From the IMG/VR virus record IMGVR_UViG_3300031111_000008, positions 28,112 through 92,111 of that record: a stretch of DNA of 64,000 bases, one strand, 5' to 3'. The notes under the pieces were generated by a model. That model was not told where the DNA came from and searched no databases. It saw nothing but the letters and a program-made list of their open reading frames with translations. Below are positions 37,825 to 45,044 of this stretch, piece by piece; position 1 is the stretch's first letter; every line of letters begins with the position of its first letter. This stretch comes from a virus. Position numbers and translations under genes: made by a program.

Positions 37825-39198
37825 ATGTCGAAAAAGAAGCGTAAGCCGATCAGTGCTAGGGGAGCAGTAGCGGACGCCGCGTCGGGCCGAGGTTCCAGTT
37901 ACCTAAAGCTGCCGAAGGGAGTCGAGCAGTTTGAACCCGACAAAAAGGTGTACAGGTTGGATTTCATGCCGTTCATTGCTGGGGATGAGAATCCGTCCAA
38001 GGAAGCCGTTCCTGGAGAGCCCTACACCGAGCGTCGGTTCTCTGTTCACAAGAACGTGGGGCCGGATGGTGATTGGGTAGTTTGCCCCGCCAAGAGTCTG
38101 CGGCACAAGCGTCCTTGTCCGATTTGTGAGTATTTGAAGAAGAAGTCCGTCGATCCGGACATCGATGCAGATGAGTTGAAGGAACTGAAGAAGAATATTG
38201 GGGCGAAGGAACGTCGTCTCTACCTCGTTAGGGATTTGGACGAGGATGGAACCGAGGGCAGGCTTCTCGTGTACGATGCTTCGTACTACACGTTCGGGGA
38301 GGTCATTGTCAACAAGATCCGCAGCGCCGACGAGGAAGATGGCTACGACTTCTTTGCGGATCCCGAGCAAGGTCTTGTTGTTCGAGTCTCTTTCAAGCGG
38401 GCGTCGGGAGGGAGTTGGTTGGAGGTGGCAGACCTGGAGTTCCGTCCTCGGAAGCATTCGTATCCCGAGGACGTTGCGGATGACATGCCCAGTCTGGACG
38501 ACATGATCCAACCAATGTCTTATAAGGAGATTCGGAACCTGTTTCTGGCTGTCGACAGCACCGATGCGGATGACGACGACAACGACGACGAACCCGCCCC
38601 CAGGAAGTCAAGGTCGAGGCTCGATGACGATGACGACGAACCCGCCCCGAGGAAAAGGAAGCCGCGTCGGGTGGTCGAAGACGATGACGACGACGATGAA
38701 CCCGCTCCGAGACGTTCAAGGAGAAAGTCTGTCGAAGACGACGACGACGACGAACCCGCATCGAGGAAACGGAAGCCGCGTCGGGTGGTCGAAGACGATG
38801 ACGACGAAGAGGAAGATCCTCCGAAGAAGAGTAAGCCGAAGAAAGCTCCTACGAGTGCTCACGATGTGAAATTGAAGAAGGGAGCCTTGGTACGGTTTGC
38901 CCGTGAGGATTGTACTGTTTTGAAGATCAGTCCCGATGGTACGAGCCTGATTTTGGAAGGGAACGAATCTGAGGAAATCTACAAGTCGATTGGGGTCGAC
39001 GACGTGGAGATTCTTGCGGTTGGAGAGGTTGATCCTGAGCCCGAGCCCGAACCCGAGGAGGAGAAGCCGAAGAGGAGAGCCAAGCCCGCTCCCGAACCGG
39101 ACGACGATGAAGGGGACGATGACGATGAAGGGGACGACGACGGCAGCGGTGACGACGGCGAGTGGGATTTTGGCGAGGATGAGGAGGAGGACGAGTAG
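37825..39198 (+). CDS. gp32-like single-stranded DNA-binding protein with acidic/basic repeats
   Basis: VH..VVCP..CPICE, DPEQG; DDDDEPAPRK repeats; acidic tail. Confidence 0.7.
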   Translation: MSKKKRKPISARGAVADAASGRGSSYLKLPKGVEQFEPDKKVYRLDFMPFIAGDENPSKEAVPGEPYTERRFSVHKNVGPDGDWVVCPAKSLRHKRPCPICEYLKKKSVDPDIDADELKELKKNIGAKERRLYLVRDLDEDGTEGRLLVYDASYYTFGEVIVNKIRSADEEDGYDFFADPEQGLVVRVSFKRASGGSWLEVADLEFRPRKHSYPEDVADDMPSLDDMIQPMSYKEIRNLFLAVDSTDADDDDNDDEPAPRKSRSRLDDDDDEPAPRKRKPRRVVEDDDDDDEPAPRRSRRKSVEDDDDDEPASRKRKPRRVVEDDDDEEEDPPKKSKPKKAPTSAHDVKLKKGALVRFAREDCTVLKISPDGTSLILEGNESEEIYKSIGVDDVEILAVGEVDPEPEPEPEEEKPKRRAKPAPEPDDDEGDDDDEGDDDGSGDDGEWDFGEDEEEDE

Positions 39199-39216
39199 GG
39201 AGAGGGTTTGTTGCTA

Positions 39217-39248
39217 GGCAGAGGAAGGGATTCCTCTGCCGCCTTTTT
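39217..39248 (+). terminator. intrinsic terminator-like hairpin
   Basis: GGCAGAGGAA-GGGA-TTCCTCTGCC then T-run. Confidence 0.6.
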
Positions 39249-39263
39249 CACCGAGATTGAAAC

Positions 39264-40361
39264 ATGCCAAAGAAAAAAGAAGTCGAGTACGTCGAGTCGC
39301 TGCTGAAGAAAGAAAGAAGCATGATGTTTGAGTCTCCAGGATTTCTGTCGTCGGGTAGCACGCTTTTGAATCTGGCTTGCACGGGGACGGTGGATGGGGC
39401 GTGGCCAATAGGGGCATATAGCTTGTTCATCGGAGATTCTTCGTCGGGGAAAACATGGGTTGGTTTATCGAGTCTTGCTGAAGCTTCTATCGATTCGAGG
39501 TTTGATTCTTATCGTCTGATTTATGACGGCGGCGAGTTCGGCGCTATGATGTCAATTCAGGATTACTTTGGCAAAAAGTTAGCAGAGAGGATTGAACCTC
39601 CCGCCTATGAGGATGGGATTCCTGTAGCTTCCCGTACGGTAGAAGAGATGTATGTCAGGATAGACGACGCGCTGGAAGATAGTCGTCCGTTTATTTGGAT
39701 TGAAGATTCGATGGATTGTCTCTCGTCGCTGGCGGAAATTGGTAAATTCAAGGACGTTCGGGATGCCGTGAAGAAGGATCGGGAAGTTTCTGGTTCGTAC
39801 GGAGATGGAAAAGCAAAAGTAAATTCTTCCAATCTCCGCAGGCTTATGACTCCTTTGCGGGAAAGTGGAAGTATCTTATTGATCCTGAACCAAACCCGTG
39901 ATTCGTTTGATCAATTTACCGCCAAAACTCGCAGTGGTGGTAGGGCTTTAGGTTTCTACGCCCAGGTCGAAGTTTGGTCTTCCATTAAGGAGCGGCTGAA
40001 GCGGACAGTAAACAAAAAGAAAAGGCAGTATGGAATTGTTAGCAAAATGGACGTGAAGCGGTCTCGGGTTACGGGTAAGGAGAGGACGGCGTTCGTACCC
40101 ATTTTGAATTCATCAGGGATAGACGAGTACGGATCGTTAGTAGACTTCCTCGTCGATGAGGGGGTTTGGAAGAAGGCTCGGGGGAAGCAGTCGTTGTTGG
40201 TTGATAATGCTTTCTCGATGAAGGAAGTTACTCGGGGAAAGCTAATCAAGATGGCCGAGGAGGATCCCGACGTTGCGGAGACCATGCGGGATTTGGTGCT
40301 AGAGACGTGGGATGGCATCGAAGAAGCTTTGAAGCCATTGAGGAAGAAACGGTATGGTTAA
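39264..40361 (+). CDS. recA: RecA/UvsX-like recombinase
   Basis: SSGSTLLNLA, GDSSSGKT, DS, NQTRD, SGGRALGFYA. Confidence 0.9.
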   Translation: MPKKKEVEYVESLLKKERSMMFESPGFLSSGSTLLNLACTGTVDGAWPIGAYSLFIGDSSSGKTWVGLSSLAEASIDSRFDSYRLIYDGGEFGAMMSIQDYFGKKLAERIEPPAYEDGIPVASRTVEEMYVRIDDALEDSRPFIWIEDSMDCLSSLAEIGKFKDVRDAVKKDREVSGSYGDGKAKVNSSNLRRLMTPLRESGSILLILNQTRDSFDQFTAKTRSGGRALGFYAQVEVWSSIKERLKRTVNKKKRQYGIVSKMDVKRSRVTGKERTAFVPILNSSGIDEYGSLVDFLVDEGVWKKARGKQSLLVDNAFSMKEVTRGKLIKMAEEDPDVAETMRDLVLETWDGIEEALKPLRKKRYG

Positions 40362-41525
40362 GGAGGGGCTCGGTTGGGTTCGTTCTGTCATGTTGTGTTG
40401 GGGTGAGTTTCGGCCTTCAGCGGCGGGGCAAGTTACGTTTGGTTATGGTAAGGATTTTTAACTTCCAAGCAAACAAATGAGGTAAGTTAAGGCAAGATTC
40501 TTCCAGGTTGATTCCCGTCAAGTTTAGGTCGGTTGTGTTTGGTTCGTGTTGGGTATGTTGTGGTTTGTTGCGATCAGGTAAGGACTTTTTAACTTCCAAG
40601 CAAACAAATGAGGTGATGTCAGGCAAGCCGCGTTATGGTGAGGCGAAATGAGGCACGGCTTGGCGAGTTGGGTTATGTTCAGGCGTGTTTCTACAGGGTT
40701 GGTTCTGTTCAGTTTAGTCATGGCAAGGCAAGGACTTTTCAATTTCCAAGCAAACAACTCTGGTAGGTTTAGTTTTGGTAGTGTAAGGCATAGGTATGGT
40801 GTAGCAGGTTATGTTTGTGTTTGGTTTGTCAAGGTTTGGATGTCGGAATGGGGATTTGAGAATACAAATGAGGCATGGTATGTCGGGTCTGGTTGCGTTG
40901 CGGAATGTTCGGGCTTGTTGCGGCATGTTGGGTTCGGGTATGTTGCGGCGCGGCAAGTTACGGTCAGTCTTGCTTTGCTTAAGGTTGGGTTTGTTAGGGT
41001 AAGGGTTTTAACTTCTAAGCAAACAAACGAGTTAAGTTACGTTGTGTCGTGTTTCGGTTTGGTGTGACATGTTAAGTTACGGTACGTCTTGGTAGATTTC
41101 GGTCTGTTCGGTTCGGTTTAGGCTGGGTTTGGTTCTTTCATGTTCTGTCAAGTTGAGGCAAGGACTTTTTCATTTTCAAGCAGACAAATGAGATTCGGCA
41201 AGGCGGGTTGGGGTTAGTTGGGGCGGTGTTCATTCGGTTACGACAAGGTCGGTTCCGTTGGGTTATGGTAAGGATTTTTAACTTTCAAGAAAACAAATAA
41301 GGCATGTTAGGATTTGTTGGGGAATGTCGTGTCGCGGTGGGTTTTGTTACGGAGTGTCATGTCGCGGTGGGTTTTGTTACGGAGCGTTATGGCAAGGACT
41401 TTTTGAGCAGACAAGCGTGGTGAGGCTAGGAGGGGACGGGCGAGGTAGGATATTTTTTGGCTAGTTTCGGCTCGGCTGGTTGTTTCATGTTCCGTCAAGT
41501 TATGGTAAGGACTTTTTCAAAAATG
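40362..41525 (+). repeat. array of nine units of phased G[G/T][C/T]NN pentamers, each closed by a conserved ~35-nt motif (candidate guide-RNA array)
   Basis: motif GGYAAGGAYTTTT..AYTTCCAAGCAAACAAATGAGG at 40447, 40577, 40727, 40845 (degenerate), 40998, 41157, 41267, 41391, 41504; 5-nt phase in between. Confidence 0.85.
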
Positions 41526-42023
41526 AAATATACAGGAAGACCTTTTGGACTTCATCCTCATCCAGCTCATTGGGAAAAGATCAGGAAACAAGCTCTGAAG
41601 CGGGATGGTTATCAATGCAGACTTTGCAACCATTCTCAGAAGGATGGATACAGGCTTGAATGTCATCATCGGCATTATGAAAATTGGGGCGAAGAGAACC
41701 TTGAAGACGTGACGATGCTTTGTATCGAATGTCACGATCTGATTACAAATTACAATCGAGAGTCTAGGTATGCAGAACGGGAATACTCTATGACTCCTTA
41801 TGTTTCTCCCGTTCATTTACAAGGGGATGAAGATGCGAAAGACGATGAAGATGAAGTGGATCGGACAGTCACCGTTGATTTGCCACAATGGGCAACTAGC
41901 AGACCCGTTAAACGTGTGGTCCCAAAGGATCAAGAAGATCTCGTCAAAATCGAAAAAAACGGAAGCCGATCTGATGGAAATGGGCCATTTGGAGTTTTTA
42001 GGGGGCCTTTACCTGGACAATGA
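41523..42023 (+). CDS. HNH endonuclease
   Basis: RDGYQCRLC..LECHHRHY..EDVTMLCIECH; ATG lies inside the last array motif. Confidence 0.8.
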   Translation: MKYTGRPFGLHPHPAHWEKIRKQALKRDGYQCRLCNHSQKDGYRLECHHRHYENWGEENLEDVTMLCIECHDLITNYNRESRYAEREYSMTPYVSPVHLQGDEDAKDDEDEVDRTVTVDLPQWATSRPVKRVVPKDQEDLVKIEKNGSRSDGNGPFGVFRGPLPGQ

Positions 42024-42465
42024 TGAGGAACCCTGTATTCCAGAATTGTTGATCGAAGCAACTCTTCTAGGAGGAGCAAAAAAATTCAAGGAAGGTCCGA
42101 AAGCAAAAGCTGGAATTTTTGTCATTGCCCCTGCGAAAATCAAGTATGACGGTCCAAAGGACGCGGAAGAACTCTGGGAATCTCCCGATTTCCGTTCCCG
42201 TACTCCGGCCAAGATTGGGCAGAGCAAGGTGATGAGAACTCGCCCAATTTTCCACGAATGGGAAATTGAATTCGAGATAAACTTTGACGATGAGATGCTC
42301 GATGAGGAAAGATTGTTGGAGTGGGCCAAGGCGGCTGGTGCCCAGGTAGGACTTGGTGATTGGCGTCCACGGCATGGAAGATTTTTGGTTAAGGTGGTCG
42401 AAGGAAAGAACGGGAAGTCTGTGATGAGCAAAAAGAAGCGGAGGATGGTAGCGGCGGAAAGCTAG
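41833..42465 (+). CDS. stand-alone RAMP/Cas7-like protein (putative)
   Basis: N-terminal strand + SPLICHN, PCIP..IEATL, RTRP.F.EW, C-terminal Gly-rich loop AGAQVGLGDWRPRHGRF; start approximate (AAGGGG RBS 41821). Confidence 0.6.
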   Translation: MRKTMKMKWIGQSPLICHNGQLADPLNVWSQRIKKISSKSKKTEADLMEMGHLEFLGGLYLDNDEEPCIPELLIEATLLGGAKKFKEGPKAKAGIFVIAPAKIKYDGPKDAEELWESPDFRSRTPAKIGQSKVMRTRPIFHEWEIEFEINFDDEMLDEERLLEWAKAAGAQVGLGDWRPRHGRFLVKVVEGKNGKSVMSKKKRRMVAAES

Positions 42466-42475
42466 GAAATCATTC

Positions 42476-42516
42476 AGGGACGGGGGAATGATTTCGTTCC
42501 CCTGATCCCTCCTTTT
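42476..42516 (+). terminator. terminator-like hairpin after RAMP-like gene
   Basis: AGGGA..GGGGAATG/CGTTCCCC..TCCCT then CCTTTT. Confidence 0.55.
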
Positions 42517-42518
42517 GT

Positions 42519-42590
42519 TAGGAAGCAAAAATGAGAACCCTCCTTATCGTCGATTGTTCCGCAGTTTGTCACAAAGCATTCTCCGGATTC
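42519..42590 (+). repeat. left copy of ~72-bp direct repeat (exonuclease gene start)
   Basis: near-identical to 44972-45044. Confidence 0.9.
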
Positions 42591-42725
42591 GACGGTTCGA
42601 TGGGTACTTTGGTGAAGACTATCGAGGAGGAGGGCAAGGAGAAAGAGTTGCGGGAGATCGTCGGGGATGTCTGGCAGGAGATCGAGAGGTCTTTGCGGGT
42701 GAAGAGGAAAAAGAGGTACGAGTGA
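42531..42725 (+). pseudogene. chimeric ORF beginning with duplicated exonuclease N-terminus
   Basis: MRTLLIVDCSAVC identical to ORF 44985, then unrelated sequence. Confidence 0.7.
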
Positions 42726-42818
42726 TGCCATGCACTCTCTCAGCCTTGTTCGTCGCGATTATCGAGCTGGTGATATTCTTGTTCATGCTTTTGGAGACGG
42801 TTGGGAGGAAGTAAAAAC

Positions 42819-44246
42819 ATGGGGAAGGAAAAACGAGATAGACCGAAACGGAATATAGGGGTAATAAAATTTGAGATTTTGAAGCCTTTGGGAGGGATGA
42901 CCTGGAAGGAATTGTCGAACATCCTTCGCGACGTTCGTTATAGAACTCAGCGTCTTGCCAACAAGTTTATGAGTGAGAGGTTTTTGGAGGCTAAGCTGCG
43001 CCAGAGTAATCCAGGAAAGGAAATTCCGAAAACGTCCATTGGGGAATTAAACAGAGTTCTTTTGGAGGAATTGATTAAAGAAAAGAAAAAGAAGAGGGAG
43101 GAAGTAAAGGAGTTTTCTAGAGTGGGGGCGTTGTGTTCCACAGTGTATGACGCTCTCCATCAGTATAATTTGTACGCGCTAACTACCAAATCTGCTTGGA
43201 CAAAGGTTTTGCGAGGAGAATCTTCCTTACCAACTTTCAAAAATAACATACCGATACCCATTCGATGTGATGGGGATGGGCGCAAGAGGTTGGCGAGAAG
43301 TTGGCGGGGAGGTGTCGTGCTTCGGTTGATGGTTTGTTTACGTCCATATCCCCGAGTGCTTTTGAAAACAAAGAGATTGAGTGATGGGGCTAAGACTGTT
43401 TTGGAAAGATTGTTGGATAATCCCGACCAGCTGGAAAGTGGTTATCGGCAGCGGGCTTTCGAGGTCAAGTATGACGAGAAGAAGAAAAAGTGGTGGTTGT
43501 ATGTTACTTACGACTTTCCTCCCGAGAAAGTGGAAGTTTCTAAAGACATCGTTGTGGGAGTTGATCTAGGATATGCTTGTCCTGCGTATGCAGCTCTGAG
43601 CAATGGTGAAGCTCGTTTGGGATGGAAAGTTTTTGCGGGGATTGCAGCAAGAGTAAAGCGGATACAAATAATGACTTTTGCCACAAGACGGAACATGTTG
43701 AGGGGAGGAAGATCAAGTTTGTGTGAGGACACGGCCAGAAGTGGGCATGGAAGGAAGAGAAAGTTGAAATGTACAGAAGCTCAGCAAGGAAAGATAAATG
43801 ATGCTTATACAACAATGAACCATCAGATTTCGAGGGCGGTAGTAGATTTTGCTGAGAGAAATCATGCAGGCATAATCCAAGTCGAGGATCTGTCGGGTCT
43901 AGATGATTATCTATCTGGAACATTCTTGGGGGAGAGATGGCGATACTACCAGCTGCAACAATACATCGAATATAAGGCAGAGCAGTGTGGGATTGGGTTT
44001 CGGAAGGTTAATCCTAGGTACACGAGCCGCCGCTGTAGCAAGTGCGGTTATATCAACAATGGGTTTACTAGAAAGTCCAGAGATTCAAATAAAGAGAAGG
44101 GAGGAAAGACTGTCAAGTTCGAGTGTCCCGAGTGTGGACACAAGAGCGATCCAGATTACAATGCCGCTAAGAATTTAACGGTGTTGGGTGTGGATGCTTT
44201 GATTGAGAACCAATGTAAAAAACAAGGAATAGAATTGAGTGTTTGA
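42819..44246 (+). CDS. cas12f: type V-F Cas12f1-like RNA-guided nuclease (475 aa)
   Basis: GGAGG RBS; RuvC-I VGVDLG, RuvC-II IQVEDL, CSKC/CPEC, RuvC-III DPDYNAAKNL; KFEILKPL..WKEL, LRGESSLPTFK, ARSGHGRKRK; adjacent CRISPR array. Confidence 0.85.
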   Translation: MGKEKRDRPKRNIGVIKFEILKPLGGMTWKELSNILRDVRYRTQRLANKFMSERFLEAKLRQSNPGKEIPKTSIGELNRVLLEELIKEKKKKREEVKEFSRVGALCSTVYDALHQYNLYALTTKSAWTKVLRGESSLPTFKNNIPIPIRCDGDGRKRLARSWRGGVVLRLMVCLRPYPRVLLKTKRLSDGAKTVLERLLDNPDQLESGYRQRAFEVKYDEKKKKWWLYVTYDFPPEKVEVSKDIVVGVDLGYACPAYAALSNGEARLGWKVFAGIAARVKRIQIMTFATRRNMLRGGRSSLCEDTARSGHGRKRKLKCTEAQQGKINDAYTTMNHQISRAVVDFAERNHAGIIQVEDLSGLDDYLSGTFLGERWRYYQLQQYIEYKAEQCGIGFRKVNPRYTSRRCSKCGYINNGFTRKSRDSNKEKGGKTVKFECPECGHKSDPDYNAAKNLTVLGVDALIENQCKKQGIELSV

Positions 44247-44454
44247 TATGAGGTCATCAACAATGTCTTTTGTAGTCTACGGACAATCCAAAAGCAGATG
44301 GCTGAAGGCGATCCTGAATCGCCTCAAGGTTGAGAAGGGTTTGGGTAACATGGCAAAAATTGCCTTCCAGATACCGCTCACCAAACAGTTTTCTCATTTT
44401 TTGCCTCAAAAATTTCACCTAAAGACAGCGGGGGGCTTGGTTTGCAGCAAACCT
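44247..44454 (+). ncRNA. tracrRNA candidate / leader
   Basis: CCTAAAGACAG 44418-28 complementary to repeat 3' end CTGTCTTCAGG (1 mismatch); hairpins ~44303-26 and ~44352-64. Confidence 0.6.
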
Positions 44455-44940
44455 GGTGGAGATACCAGTGAAATGAGGACTGTCTTCAGGGATAGGGAAC
44501 GAATACGGGCGGAGGGTGCGGGTGGAGATACCAGTGAAATGAGGACTGTCTTCAGGGTATCGAAAGCCATGGCGGACATCTCCAAGGTGGAGATACCAGT
44601 GAAATGAGGACTGTCTTCAGGGGAAAGCCGTCGATGGTAATTGAAAGCTCTGGTGGAGATACCAGTGAAATGAGGACTGTCTTCAGGACATAGCGTAAAC
44701 CTACGTGCATGATGCGGGGTGGAGATACCAGTGAAATGAGGACTGTCTTCAGGGTTCGTCGGTAACTGTCTGACGGTAAATACGGTGGAGATACCAGTGA
44801 AATGAGGACTGTCTTCAGGGCAAAAGCAACGTGCTGACTATGCGTTGGGGTGGAGATACCAGTGAAATGAGGACTGTCTTTAGGGACTTCAGCGCGTCGA
44901 CTGCGGTGGAGATACCAGTGAAATGAGGACTGTCTTCAGG
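44455..44940 (+). CRISPR. CRISPR array, 8 x 36-nt repeats, 7 spacers
   Basis: GGTGGAGATACCAGTGAAATGAGGACTGTCTTCAGG at 44455, 44521, 44586, 44652, 44718, 44784, 44849 (one C>T), 44905; spacers 30,29,30,30,30,29,20 nt. Confidence 0.97.
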
Positions 44941-44971
44941 AATGGGTGCAAATGTGAACAGAGAGATCTAG

Positions 44972-45044
44972 TAGGAAGCAAAAAATGAGAACCCTCCTTA
45001 TCGTCGATTGTTCCGCAGTTTGTTACAGAGCATTCTTCGGAATC
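44972..45044 (+). repeat. right copy of ~72-bp direct repeat
   Basis: near-identical to 42519-42590. Confidence 0.9.

Noticed and set aside
40612-41508. Other NN-decoded resemblances to window proteins (EETL in PolA, SLRRY in the clamp, DYGR in the exonuclease)
   Set aside because: Only 4-5 degenerate codons each, which is expected by chance; needs the database test.
40362-41525. Pentamer array as a conventional CRISPR array or as protein-coding (ORFs 40648..41067, 40524..40757 and others)
   Set aside because: Repeats are degenerate and the intervening segments are ~75-125 nt with internal 5-nt periodicity. The ORFs are short, lack RBS or motifs, and period 5 does not fit codon structure.
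42819-44246. IS200/IS605 or IS607 TnpB transposon
   Set aside because: No adjacent tnpA, a true spacer-containing array follows, and motifs fit Cas12f1 better. The serine recombinase is 8 kb away on the other strand and has resolvase architecture.
44239-44607. 122-aa ORF across leader and CRISPR repeats
   Set aside because: Translation of repeats (GGDTSEMRTVFR twice); spurious.
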